From Phoronis australis (lineage: Eukaryota; Animalia; Phoronida), in assembly GCA_002633005.1 (NCBI GenBank), contig NMRA01000277.1:186001-250000 (forward strand): 64,000 nt of DNA, read 5' to 3'. Position numbers and translations under genes: made by a program. This document shows positions 12,661 through 26,429 of this stretch, one piece after another (position 1 is the stretch's first letter; every line of letters starts with the position of its first letter). The notes beneath the pieces were generated by a model. It was not told where the DNA came from. It did not search any database and worked only from the letters and a program-made list of their open reading frames with translations.

Positions 12661-15155
12661 NAAGTGGAATAATTCGGTGAGTACAACAGCAAGTCGGTTT
12701 TATGCTTAGGCGGACGAACATTGGGTTCCCCAGTATACCCTTTTCACGCAAACAGATTCAGTTGGCACGGCTGCAAGCCATTTCATCATGTATTCAAAGG
12801 GCTCGCGAAATCGAGGGTATTAATGTATCACCACTAGTACACGCGCTCCCTCTAGGTATTGTAGATTTTCCGAATACCCCCAATGCCTGGCCATGCCTTT
12901 ATTGGTCATTTACGAATTGGGAATGTAAAACCGAATGTGTGTCTTATGTGTGCTTCTTAAGTCACCTCCATGAGACGAACTCCTGGTGTCTGGTACATAG
13001 ACAGTGACTTAAAATCAAGACTTAAATTTGATCCTACACCACCACTTCACTGTTGCTGAAAAGGGGTTAGCGCAACTATGTCAGAAATTCCTGAAAAAAA
13101 AACTTCAGTGACCAGAAAATATCACTATATCCTCAGAGTCTTTGCACTTTTGCTCAAGGCATATTTAACCATTTTTCAGAAATAGTAGTGCGAACCTAAA
13201 CATCAAAGTTCTCTTATACATGTACTGTGCATGTAAGTCTTCATCCACTTTAATGAAAGAGATACCTGGACAACATCGTTGTACACCGGCGACCTAAAGT
13301 CGTGGATATAAGCATAATAAACAGCTGATTGTCATGATACCCAATGTCCGTTAGCAACTGCTCATGTGATGTCATGGACATATATCAGCTTTCACAAATA
13401 TACGTGTTTTGACAATCTTATTTATCCTTGTTTGTATCCGTAAGCAGAGTTTTGAAACGGTCGCTGATATCGCCGGCCATTTTGAATGAGGCTCTAAAGT
13501 CGTGACGGTTTCGTTCAGACGGAAATTACCGAAGTAAGACCACACAAGTCAACTACAGGGCTTACTTGTTACTCTAGACGACATAAAAAAATGCATTGCA
13601 TTGTTTATTAATTCAGTTTCAATTGAAATAAATTGTTACATGCTTTGCACCCAGCTTTGATGTGCACAAACGTTTTCAATGAGGTTGTTCACGTAAAACG
13701 CTAAGAACCCAGCATCAACTATCTCTCTGTATTTTTTTGCTTTGGCCTTGATCGACCCTGGGCAGAGACCGTAGAGAGGGAGACGTTTCACCTAGCGAAA
13801 TCCTATTGGACGGCCACTGGCGGCCATTGTTGTTCCATGGACCGTAGAGACGTCTAGCGGGTGTGTGTGGGGAAAAAAGGAATATGGCTGTTACTCGTGG
13901 TCAGCGGTCACAGAGACAAGATATTTTATCTGATCATGTTGTTCATATAGATTTCCCATAGTTAATACCTCTGAGGGTAGTGCTGTGTCAAGTAACTACA
14001 AAACAAGATATGCCGGCTGCAGTCCCTAAAAATAGGATCAGAGGAGCTTTTTGCGCTGCAGAAAAACCGGAACTTGCACTCCCACTACTGATAAAGACAG
14101 GTGAGATATACGAGTGATACAAGGAATTCTTTTTGTGAAAATGCTGCCTGTCAACCATTGATGCTGGCAGAGTGATTTGAACTTGTCTTACCTTTAAGTT
14201 TCATGGTTTTATTTGATTACTCAAAGCAAAATTGGGATAATCCGTTACATATGGCCGGGATGATGGGTACTAGTACTTGATTTTAGAGCCAGTTACTGAG
14301 TTACTCCCAATGAATTACGCCCGTTATTCAGTAGTAGTAACTGGTTCTCAAATGAATTTAGAGTGTGGGACCCACCTATCAAACTATAACCGAAATTGTC
14401 CTGCATGTGTTTCATTACTTAGGGCCTACTGATAACTTGTGTTTCTATTCTATGATTGGCTCTAAACTGTAATTTCTTTCACTTCTTCAATTCACTTCAG
14501 TGTTTACATGTATACATTCAGATCCAAGAGATAGGTGATAAACAGCAAGTGTGAGGACCTGCTAAGGAGAAATGCTGTGATGTTAACTTGTTCCAGTACG
14601 GTGCTGTAGAGGTAAAATTATAGGTAAGTAGGTGCCTAAAGCCCACCGTATCACATTGAGCACTGAACGTAACTTACGGTGCGTAGGCGCTACTTTCAAA
14701 TGTCAAAAGGTGGTTGGCTGCGCCTACGCCCCACTATAGCACTGGTCCAGTAGATTAGTATGGGTTTAGTTAGGTCTTTACTGTGATGGGCATTCATTGT
14801 ACTTTGAAGGACCTATAGTCCGAAGGGTCATTACTTGAAAAATATATCAATCAGGTGTTATTCCAAAGCAACATTATTCCGAAGGGTTATCACTTAGCTG
14901 CAATAATGGGAAAGAGTGAGTGACGCTGCATTATAGAGAATATTGCTGATGCCACATAGTTTTCCTGCATGTTGTATTTGTTATAATATAAATGATATTT
15001 TTCCAGCCAATAGATCACAGCTACGCCACGAGTGAGCTCAGTGAAACACCCCCATCTGCTGAGCACCATGCAGTGCTGCTTTATTAAAGCTGTTAGGTGA
15101 GGTAATAGGACATAATTGATAATGACCATAATTTCATCCTCCATGACTGATGGTT

Positions 15156-15304
15156 TTGTTATACCTATTGTATTGCTACCTGAAGCTCACCTCTCTACTT
15201 ACTATAGTTATAAAAAGGCGGACTATGTTGTTATATCTATTGTATTGCTACTTGAAGCTAACCTGTCTACTTACTATAGTTATAAAAAAGCGGACTCTGT
15301 TGTT
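15156..15304. repeat. Two-copy ~72-bp tandem repeat
   Basis: ttgttatacctattgtattgctac...tactatagttataaaaaggcggact repeated twice with few mismatches. Confidence 0.85.
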
Positions 15305-15698
15305 TTTGATTTCATGACTTGGATGTATACTTTTCTTGATCTGAAATGGTATTTCAAATATTTGTTTGGTTTAACACACTTGGGATTTTTAAAGCCCTTT
15401 GATTAAAAAATATGCTGAAAATCAGAGGATGAGTCTTAAGCCAGGCTGTTTGTTAAAAATCTGGGTGTGGACAAGTAGACAGTTGTAGGTAGTTAACATG
15501 TGTAGATACCTTAAATGTATTTTTGTATTCATTCATTTCAGAAAGTTGTTGACTTGCATGAGAAAGTAAGTCAAGTGGGGATGCCGAAAAGTCTGCACCC
15601 AGCGGTCCCTATTGTGCCCGTGACTGTAGAGGGAATTGTCAGTGGTGCTGTCGGATTAGGCATGGCGCCATTAACTTCAGCATCTTTGGTGCTACTAT

Positions 15699-16180
15699 CA
15701 GAGACCCTAGATAGGGAGACAGTCCACCTAGCGAAATCCCATCGGACGGCCACTGGTGGACATTGTTGTTTCATGGACTGTAGACACGTCTAGCGAGTGT
15801 GCGTGCAATAAACAAATGTGGCAAGATATCAGGGCTCCCGTCAGTAAGAAAAGCAATGGTGCTTTTTGCACTGCCTACGGCTGCAGCAACAGTTAATTGA
15901 AAATTCATGACTCATGCTTTTTTGCTTCCTCAATGATTAAGAATGGTGATGTTCATGATTGAAACAGAGGATATTTCTGCGTGAATCTCTTGCCAGTCAA
16001 TCAGTGATGGACTGGGTGTCTTTACTGTTTCCTGCATTTGATTGCTGATATACAAAATTGTCATAAATTGTTTGCATGATTTTGGAAACTACTGATTAGT
16101 TTATTCTATGCCCATTGATGCTTCTAATTACTTTTTTCATTTTGTTCTGCAGTCCTAATACATTCAGATCTAAAAGATAA
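15699..16180 (+). mobile_element. Nested diverged 5' end of a related P-like element with THAP start
   Basis: cagagaccctagatagggagac... aligns to 13763 onward; encodes GAFCTAYGCSNS; shares the tacattcag|atc acceptor (~16168) with ~14521. Confidence 0.7.
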
Positions 16181-16451
16181 TTATATTTACTATTATTTAC
16201 TAATTTTATTATTGTTTTTTATCACATATTTGTTATTCTTGATTATTTATTATTGTTTATTTGCTATTACTTATTTAAATTATTTCTTGTGATCCCATAC
16301 AGTCAACATCCTGGCTGTCGTTGATCAATTATCTGTATAATATGATCATGATATGTACTTCAGTGCATAATAACTATGTTTATGGTTTGGTAACCTACTT
16401 GATTATTTGCCATAGGAAGCATAGGAAGTGGTGAAGGAAGTGTTCTTTTAA

Positions 16452-16640
16452 AGGCACATTTAGCCATACATCCGTGGACACTTCGGTGGTATGTGTATTA
16501 CCTTGGAAACTTGTTAAACTTCAGTGTTGTTTGTTTATATTTTTGTTTTGACATGGGTTTTAAAACATCAAGTCAAGAAATAAGGCGTCGTTATGTTATT
16601 TACTATGAAGTTGGCCTGCCAACGCAGGCTGAGTATGCCT
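16452..16640. mobile_element. TTAA-flanked MITE (Kolobok-type termini)
   Basis: TTAA|aggcacatttagcc ... ggctgagtatgcct|TTAA. Confidence 0.7.
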
Positions 16641-17213
16641 TTAACTAACTGCTGATAGTTGATTTAAAAATGTGAGTGATTTATGAGAGCTGGAAAGCAT
16701 AGTAAAAAATATCCAAAATGGATTGCATATTCAATAGGCATCTTGGCTGTTTTATGGGGGCATACAAGGCAGATTTACTGGACTTCAGGCAGGAATTCCA
16801 TCTCTTGCAGGTTTGGAACCCGTACCCCTCTTGCCTCCAGTTTCATTCACCACAACCCACCCCAATGCGCTACCCATTTCAGATACCATCGGGCACGGAT
16901 GCTTGGGGTCCAGTGAATCAGTCCCAAGTAGCGACTCCACTGTTGCCTAAAACTACTACGTTTTTGGGAGTTTTCTACGTTGAATTCTCAATGATTGAAA
17001 ATAAGTAGGGATCTTTTCATGCAATGCACCTAATTTAAGGACTAAGTCCCTAAATGTTTTGACTGAATTAAGAGCTCAGTTTTTAGTTATATTATTATAA
17101 AACATCATAAGTCAAAAGAGGAGTTCATAATAAAGATAAAATGATAGAAAAATATAAAAACTGTGAGCAAAGAACAAAAAAATGCCTAAAAGATTTACCA
17201 ACTCAGTTGAGTA

Positions 17214-17372
17214 CAGGCAGATCCAGGGTGGCAGGTTAAAGGGGTCTGGACCCCCCATTTTCCTTGATTGTAGTGATATCAATGCTAGAATTTTCAAATT
17301 GTTGACTTGGGCCACCTTTCTTAAAAAATCATTATCCGACCCCCCCTTTAAAAAATCCTGGATATGACCCTG
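17214..17372. mobile_element. GC-rich hAT-like MITE
   Basis: caggcagatccaggg...aaaaatcctggatatgaccctg; degenerate CAGGGGCGGATCCAGG-type TIRs. Confidence 0.5.
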
Positions 17373-18439
17373 TTGGGTCGATATTTGGGACAGTTTCATG
17401 TAAATGGGCACAGACACAACTGCTTGAATCTAGAACGTCTTTAAGATGTGAATTTTCGAAAGAAAGATCTACTAATTTCTCCATTTTATTTTAAAACAAA
17501 GTTTGTGTGTTAAAAGCTTACATAATTAATTGTTAATTAATTGATATTAACACCTGGAATATTGGGGGAAGAAAGCTATCTCTGCCCCCAACCTTTCAAT
17601 TGGTTGAGGGGCACCCCCCACTCCTATCTCTTCTTCAGCAGATCCATTTGATGTTTATTACATTCCTGACCCCCCTGGACAAAATCCTACAGGTTCGGTA
17701 CCTGCACATTCTCCAATAACCTACTTTCATCTGCTCAGCTCTTATTACTGAGTCTCCCTCTTGCTTATGATTTATTTCTCGTAATTTATATTACCTTTGC
17801 TGCCCAAATTTTTTCTTGGTTTACTCTATATTTTGCCTATGTGTATTTTTCCATTACAGTGCTCGTGTTTTTTGTTTTCAATATTTTAAACAAAGACACT
17901 TCACTGACAATTTTGAATTTGACAAACTAAGATCGGCCATAGTGAATGCCTTGCGTACTTCGTTGGCCCACACACACCCGCTAGGTGTCGCCACGGTCCA
18001 TGACACAATAATGGCGGCGGCCTTGGTGAATAGTCTTGTTAGCGTCTTTGCCCTGGGACATTTTGATACATGTACATGTACATTGTTCAAGCTATCCCTG
18101 GAGCGCGTGTTTGTGTAAATATGAACGATGAATATACCGCAAAAATGCACAAAAGTGGATTAGTGAATAATGCTGTTTTTAAGATACATTTGAAAAAAGA
18201 AGCCACTCACTCACTGTTTGTTATCATAGTGTAAATACCAACACATTCGGGTATTCGTTTGACGTTCTTAAGCAGACGAACGCTGGAAACCTCAACGTCA
18301 GATGTCGCGGGACCGCGCAGAAGAGGAAGTAAGATAGTTCACGACTTTAGGGCACTCAAGACTTTAGGACCTCTGATGGTATTTCAAGATAGATGTACAT
18401 GTACGCGTGGTGTTGAATGACAGAAATTATTACATGAAT

Positions 18440-18593
18440 GAGTTGGATATATACACAAAACGTACCTAGAGTGGCGTACATGAAGTAGTATTCCACTCGA
18501 CCTTATTCCGCGTATCGATACGCGGAATAAGGTCGAGTGGAATATTACTTCATGTACGCCATTCGAGGTACGTTTTGTATTTATCCCATACTC
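18440..18593. repeat. Spacer-less palindrome, ~75-bp arms
   Basis: Centre between 18516 and 18517 (ccgcgtatc|gatacgcgg); inner arms perfect, few mismatches outward. Confidence 0.92.
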
Positions 18594-21500
18594 TTCGAAT
18601 TCCTAAGTTTCTTATATTTTCTCGGCATATTTTTTAAATACTTCACCCAGACTGTTCACATGGCGGATCACATCCTATGTATATGTATTGCGCGTTAGGT
18701 TGCAAGTTTTCTCTTGTAAAAGAAACAATTTTAAAAGTAACGATTTCTTTCTTGAAAAGAGGTAACAAAGATGAAAACAACGGCAACTGTGCAGTGAACT
18801 TGTAACATCTACTGGATATAGTTAAAAAAAAAACAATATTTGATACTGTAGGTTCCTAGGAATCGGCGCCTGAGTTGCAGACGATCAATTGAAAACTGAA
18901 ACATAAGTGTCATATAATTAACAGTTTTGTTCCAGATTTTACGTTTAGGGCCTGGTTGCATGTCGAGTGTTAGTTACACTGCTGCATTGTATTACTTTAA
19001 ACTATATTGGGAAAGTTTGATGATCGAATCGGCTGAAGACGTCAAGTCGACATTGACCAACCTTTTGAACTTTCCATGTCACTATTGAAGTAGTGCGGGA
19101 GGTAAATACGGAAAACTTTATTACATGGCCGTATTTCCCTCGACAGATTCAACGCGTATGGGATAATAATACATATTGACCTCGTGCACATAAATACATG
19201 TATACGTACAGTAGCTTTTCATGGTGGTTTCGTGAAGGATTTATTTCCATAAATACACCACGTTGTTTTTGTTGCAAAAAAGGAGACTGTTGTCTAATTT
19301 GGTAAGGAGAATACGAGATCCACATTGTGTGCATCGTCACTTTTGTCAAATCTCGTTTATTTTTTTTTCAAAAAACAGGGTGGATAGCTACAATAAGGCT
19401 AGGCCAAAGAGACATGCAGCTTTGAGTGTCGAGACTGCGGCAAAGTAATTTATACACTAAATCATCTTCCCTCAGCCAAGCCTTCAAAAGAAATATGATA
19501 TTACAGTTAAATCGCATTGACAACTGCAATTCCTAACCATCTAAAATAAAAGAAAGTACTCCAATCGCAACTCTCAAAATCAACACTACTGTAGTCCCAT
19601 TGACATCATCCCAACTTCCTCCCAACCATGAAGTAATCCTATACAGATCAAGATGTGGACTAATTCTAAATATCGACAAGTTTAGAAATAATTTTAATTG
19701 TGTTTCGCCTCAGACAAATGCTCATATTTTCTTTGCTTGTGCGGTATGCGGGAAGCACAGGACACCGCTTTTTCCAGACAATCGAACAGCAACAAATATT
19801 CAGATCTTACCCAAATGTATAACGAAACTGATTTTTTAATTTATGTAAAGAACTCGACATAAATGAAAATATGTTTTTATTCGAAATAGTTTCAAACTTT
19901 CTTTTTGATATTCAATTTCTTGGTGTAAGTCCATAACATCGTAACATGTAAAATAACTTATTGTGCATGAAAATAATTCATGTATATTTTCAATCATATG
20001 TCACTGTAAAATTAGCGTCAGTTTATCAATTTATGTATTTGTGTATAAATGTTTATAGATTTCTTTGTATTCGTTTACCCCAGCTACCATGGCTTTTGGC
20101 GATTTCTGGGTCTGTATTTTTATTGTACTGACTATTTCATGATAAATAATCCAAAATAGACTGCGGATACGAAGTTTATCATTGCTGTCCGTCAGCATGG
20201 GCAAATAGTGGGGGTACGTTTTCATTCGTGTAGCTGAGCGATGACCAGGATAGCGGTGTGGGGGTTAGGATATCTTGTGTATACAGAACACAGTAAGAGT
20301 TTCCTTTAAGGTATGTCTCTGTTCTACTATGAGAAGCAAAACTACCAAATGTGATTCAAGAACCAGATTAAAAATCAACTCTTCATACGGCGTCTCTAGC
20401 TGATGGACACTTACTTTTGGAATGAACTTCTGATAAAATTTGATGGTCTCAGCCACAGAAGTGGAAACTTTTCACACACTTCTCGCGTCATCTTCAAAGC
20501 CATCACAACCCTTAAGAAAACGTTACACCAGCAACCTAGAGCTTGATGTAATAAATATTTGAAATGAAGTTCACACGAGTTACATGTACCGCAAGCGTGA
20601 TGTATGCTCATGCGCAGAAAATATTTACCTTCGAGTGGAAATTTGAGTCTACGCGAAAAGACCTGCCTCCCGTTCAATAACGCTAGGACCTCACTAAAAA
20701 GCAACTCTTCGCGAGATTACGTGAGACTTTGCAGTGTATTTTAAGTGAGAACACGCGACTTTAGTTAGATTTTAGCTAGGTCCTAGCGTTACTGAACACA
20801 TGCCCGATGTACATGTATTCCGGAGGCTACGTCACTAGCACACATTCCACTCCAGGCATATACATTGTACCGTTTGCTACAATTGCCTTATGTGCTTCCG
20901 GCTTTTTACATGTAACTGCACTTACTAAAGTAAATACGACACCAACCATTTGTTCAAAGAAATGCATTGTTTTAACAAGGATTATTTCAAGATAGAACGT
21001 TTTCTTTCGCACAACCAGGCAGTAAAATATATGCCACAACACGTTATGTGTACATGTACACTGTACAGTACATGTACCTAGTTTCGTGTGATAAAAAGAA
21101 AATCTCGAAAATTCTCATATAATCACTCGAGTGGAAAGGGAATATTTCGCAAGTATTTTCGGGAGCTTAGTAGTCTGGCTAGCCTAGCAAAATGGTCACG
21201 ACTGGAGTGACCGGTCAGCTTTGTCGCGGTGTTCAGTTGATAAATTAATTTCAATGTTCCATAGCCTATTGTATAAGTGAATATTTTTTACAAATTCAGC
21301 TCTGAATTTATCCTCAGAATACTCTAACCTAAAATCTGAGATGAGCTCGAAATAATCCGCTTCTTCAAGGGGATTTCGATAAAAAATGTTGGAGTTGCAA
21401 ATTTGTTGTCTAGGATCTTCGATGTTCAGATTTCTTCAAAGTCGCGTGAAACTAACAAAAATAATCGCGCACGAGATCATGCTAACGCCCGGCTCCTCGT

Positions 21501-22205
21501 GACCGAAAACTCATGCATTTACTAGAAAGATTTATACATATTCACATGGTGCACCCGGAGATAGTAGACAGGACCTCAGAGCGTTGCCTAAACTTTGGAA
21601 GGATTGTGTGTTCGCTTCACAAGCTGGGTAAGGTGCCTTACAAATCTGATCAATCAAGACAGATGGAATTAACTACAGTTTTTAGGAGTGTTGTCTTTGA
21701 AATTTGAAAAAAAATAATCTATCCCTGATTGTTTCAAGATTCTGCCAATACTTATGGAGGTAAAAAGATTTACCTTTCTTTAGTAGCCTTACAGTTACTG
21801 GTCGAAAGCACACTTCAGCAGTCAGGGGAGTAGACAATATCAGCAGAGGTCTAGATGTGTCGTCTATTTTCCACACAGTCATAGCTGTTCCACAAACATC
21901 AGTCCCATCACTACCTGTTGTAAAAATATCTCAAATAAACACGGCGTGGAACTTGTATCCATACATGTACGTACATGTACAGCTAAAGACAGACGGGGGG
22001 CATATAGAGTCTGGAAGTCAACCGACACACACCTTGCCCGTTACAGCGGTTTAAGTGAAAAACAAAACAATTTAATAAACGTCATTTTCTTGCGTGATTC
22101 TCTGCCTGTTCTAACAATGAAAAGTATGTCGTCGTTTCGAAAAGAGTGCGCTCGTGTCACGTGCACGCCCCATTTCCTATTTTTTCGACATCTCTCGGGA
22201 GATGG

Positions 22206-22941
22206 TGACAGCTTCGCAGCAACAAAATTTGTTCTGAAATTCGGTTTGCTGGTCATAAAATAATATAAACTTGAAACTTCAATTACGATAATTTGCTGTG
22301 ATATGTACGCAATATCGAGGAAGAGAAGAACAATTAACTGAAGAGTCGGGAAACAAACTGGCCAATGCGTGGCTCTATTTCATGGCGCCGACGCAAAAGA
22401 TCGCACCACAGTCTAATCAACAGATTAACGGTAAAACTCCAATTTTTCCAACACTGGTAAATGCTTTAGTTTACTCAAGGAAGAGTGTAGTTTTTAATGA
22501 CACTACTTTTGGGTTAGACTTTATCTGGTTAGTTATTTACCCACATCGGCGCCCCAAGGCTACAATAGATCTAGCCTTCGGGTAAAACTAATACTACTTA
22601 TGTAGATTTGCGCCCATGTGCGTGAAAAACTAGCCAAATCTGACACAAACTTAGTGTCATTAAAAATACACATGTGTGAGTAAAGGTGTTGGAAAAATTA
22701 GCGTTTGGCCATTATTCTGCTGCTAAAGATGTCGAGCCATTGTTTGCGTCGGCTTGTGGCGCCATGAGATAGTGCGTTACTTGTTGGCCTGTTTCTTTTT
22801 TCGCCAATTCTTTAATCAATTTTTCTTCTTTTACGAGGTTGCGTACATGTCAAATTATCGGAAGTGGTTTCATTGAGTTGCAACTTTTTAGTATTTTAGT
22901 ACCAGCAAACTTAACAAAATTTGCTGCTGCAAAGCTGTCAT
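22206..22941. mobile_element. Old foldback/MITE with ~300-bp diverged inverted arms
   Basis: gacagcttcgcagcaacaaaatttgtt pairs with aacaaaatttgctgctgcaaagctgtc; inner tttttccaacac...tttttaatgacacta pairs with tagtgtcattaaaaa...gtgttggaaaaa. Confidence 0.75.
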
Positions 22942-23728
22942 TGGCCTTGGCGCAACGCTTCATAATAAATACATGTATGTACAGCTGCATTTTGACGACA
23001 GTTTTCATACAGGTACTGTTACAGTAGCTGACTGGCTAAGTTGTCATGATCTTCCTAGAGTTGTCGCATAAATTAGGAAATGAAGCGTTCACGTGTCACA
23101 AGCGTATTTTTCTTTGTTGCAGCGTGGCCTTATGTAAGAAAATTATGTTTTATTTTCTTTCTGAATCGTATTCTTTCTTCATTTCGGAAGTCGAAAGGGG
23201 AAACGTCTGCGTCGTCGTGTCTGTGAGGGGTGAAGAAAGAGACACTCCCCTTCTCTAATCGGGCCTACATGCATGAAAAACTCATACTATGGACTAACAA
23301 AAAAACTCACCGAACACATACACATGGGAATTACGTTTGTTGATTAGACTCCTTGGAGAAAAGGAGCTAAAACGTAAGGTGACCTTTGTCGGGTCTGAGT
23401 CTAATTTACAGGTATTCAGCAGGGTATGTGACTTGTGCCATTTTCCGGGAGTGGAACAGTTTGTTAACCGGGGAGAGCTTAACCAACGTACCATTCCGTT
23501 GCAAAAGCTCAGGCGACGATTATTTGTTTAGATTTTGTGTAAGAACATGATGAAGTTACATCTACGACATTTTAGTGAAACAGGTCTCTGGTCTCAACAA
23601 TTTGAATTTCAAACGAGAGTACAACGGATCATTGCTTCATGTATTGATTGTATTGCCATCGCCATGTGTTCGAAATGAAAATAAGATCACAAGTAGTTGA
23701 CATTAGACCAACAAAAGTGCAAGACTTA

Positions 23729-24575
23729 AGGAGATAGCCACCTGATAAAATCAGTCTTTTTACCGTCTTAATCGGTTTATATCCACATTGCCTCGCATAC
23801 GGTCGCCTTACCTTACCGAGAGTGCCGGGTTAACCATTGAGGAAGATGAGAAACGACGCAGCGACGTCAGAGGTTCATGTGAATGCCGCTATGTTGGGGT
23901 GAATCGTTTCCGCTTGTCCGAACTATGAAGCTGCGAGGAAAGTGGTTGTATCGTGTTTTCGACTTCCTCGAGAGCCCGAAATGCTTAGGGAGTGGCTCGC
24001 GATAGTGAAGAATGAACAGTACATGTACACTGTTAATAGCAAATGTGAGGCTGTGAAACATCTCCGTGTCTGTGGCCGGCATTTCGCAGACAGTGATTTC
24101 TCTGACAAATGCCGGTTTACCAAAGAACTATCGATAGGTTCCGTTGCCTGTTCTCCTGTCTGTATTTCACGGAGGAATGATTCGAATTGACCACCAAATA
24201 GACCAAAACTCCGACGATCGACCATGGTAAATTGGCTTACTGAGTACCGAACTCGATATGTTCAAATAACTATTAATCTGTTTCAGTGAAATAAAACAAC
24301 ACGCTTGTTCAAGAACTCTATGTATTTGTAAGGGTTTTACATCAAATGTTGATGATTTACTGGTGTAGAACGATGAATTCATGCTATAAGTTGACACCAG
24401 TAAGCGTTTTGTGAACGGCTGAACTGACTGCTTTGAACCTATTACGTCATTGGTAAGTCTCAATACCTCCGTCTGCTGTCAGGTGTCAGATAAAACAACT
24501 GAACTTGCTGTTATCGAGTGGAACCAGTCGATCTAAGTTGATAGAAATGGGTTGTTTTTTAGGTGGCATTATCCA
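23729..24575 (+). mobile_element. Internally deleted Kolobok-like DNA transposon with THAP remnant
   Basis: TTAA at both ends; TIRs ggagatagccacc / ggtggcattatcc; THAP remnant CFRLPREPEMLREWL...LRVCGRHFADSDF (23883-24190). Confidence 0.7.
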
Positions 24576-26139
24576 TTAAAATGGTTGTATTTTATGATTT
24601 TCGTACTTGGCGTGCAAAACAATGAACCGAATTTTGAACTTGAATTTGCACTCCTTTTGTTACTTGTTACTTGTTACATGCACAAGTACATGTACGTACT
24701 TATCTGAGCAAAATGAAATGTCCATCGACCATTTACGAAAGTATCCGTTATATTAAAAGCGTTTCGCCGGCCTGTGCTGCGTAAAGAAACCTGTAGAAGA
24801 TGGCCCAGACACGAAAGTATCAGAGGTGAGGATCCGACTGATGATAAACATCAAAGTCGTAACGTTTCTTTGAAGACGCTATGACCTAAGTTGTACCTTG
24901 CGTGAACATAATGGGCGCCATGCAGCTTATCAGCGATACAGCAAATTGAAAGTGGAACGCTACTTCTTTATCTCTGTGATCGCTTGGTCAAATCAGTTAG
25001 ACACACAACCTTGAGCGAGGATGTGAATATGAAATAGGCTGAAAATTGACAAATAATTTAAAGAACGAGCTTTGTCTCGAAAACGATCAGCTGTAAATCA
25101 CTCCTCCTTGGCCAGTAATTAAGTATCGTGACGTGGTGTCGCGGAATAACGCGGCACGATGCAGGCTATGCAAAATGTCACCCATTCGCAGAATTTTTCA
25201 TTTTCACATTTACAAGTTGTCAATGAATACAACTGCACTTTGTTTAGAGTAGATGATGTTCAAATGGGGCTATTCGACAATATTTACATTACAAGAGGGC
25301 GCACGTGTACTAGTGGTGATAGATTAAGCACCTTCGATTTCACGAGCACTTTCATACAAGGCTTGCAGTCGTGCCAACTGAATCTGAGATTGCGTGAAAA
25401 GGGTGCTTCCACGAGACGAAGAAATCATGACCTAATAAAGGTAAGGTTTTTGGTTATTTTAACGATTATTCCATGTTTACAAAACTGATGCCTGTTAACT
25501 GAGGTACTGGTCGACTTTGCGGCAGTCGCCAGTGGAGTTAATCATTGTTTATTGTGATGTGTGTTACGATACTTGACGCAGCAGTCGGGATATTGTCGTA
25601 CGTCAAAGAAGTATTAATAGTTTGGATTGATTTCTCACAGGTTCATCAGTGACAGTTACATCAATCAAAGCTGAATGTTTGGCTGGGAACTCGATATTGG
25701 TTATTAGTAAGGTAAGATTTCAATCCAAGCCCAAATATACATTAGACTATTTGTTTACTCCCTACCCCATTTCGCCCAGAAGTCTATTACACGTTGACAG
25801 GGTAATATACCATGTCTGTTTTCACCTGTGACCTTTGGTTTTCAGGCTTGATGGCTAGTACCGTGCAGAGGAAATACGCATCGCTTCTGCAACCTTCCCT
25901 GAATGGACAAATATCGGTTTTAAGCACTTGACTGCAGCTAATAACCAGCAGGATTTTCTTATCCAGTGCACATCTGTTGCCAAAACCTACTTTCTGTATC
26001 GAAGACAAAGAACAAAGGCTTTCATAAGGGACAGCTATTTTTAAACAAATCTACTGTACTTGAGTTGCTTTGTTAATTTACGTAATCAAGTCCTTAGCGG
26101 ATAATTGCAAAGGGTGGTTGTGAAATTTGGTACAACTGG

Positions 26140-26429
26140 TGTGGAAATAACACGTTTTTTAAGAGCTCGGTGTATTTGCAAGGGTTTTACATCGAAGTTT
26201 GATGATTTATTGGAGTTAAATGATGAGTTCAAGCTATAAGCTGACACCACTAACCCGTGTTGCGAACTGCTGAACAGACCGTGTGTGAAACCAATTACGT
26301 CACTGGATAATTTCAACACCTCCGTCTGCCGTCAGGTGTCAGCTAACGCAACCAAACGTGCCGTTATTAAGTAGAGCTACTCGATCTAAGTCGATACAAA
26401 ATAAGTTGTTTTTTGGGTGGCATTCTCCT
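26140..26429 (+). mobile_element. Right-end fragment of the same Kolobok-like family
   Basis: Aligns with ~24285-24575; ends ggtggcattctcct|TTAA. Confidence 0.75.

Larger units (their letters stand above)
13763..18050 (+). mobile_element. Non-autonomous P-superfamily-like (THAP) DNA transposon
   Basis: Termini cagagac.../...gtctttg; 7-bp TSD CCCTGGG (13756-13762, 18051-18057); ~55-bp subterminal inverted repeats (13817-13871 vs 17967-18020); decayed THAP exons (MPAAVPKNRIRGAFCAA at 14010; VINSKCEDLL at ~14530). No catalytic domain seen. Confidence 0.75.

Noticed and set aside
20031-20704. Overlapping minus-strand ORFs as a gene
   Set aside because: No recognisable motif or consistent splice structure.
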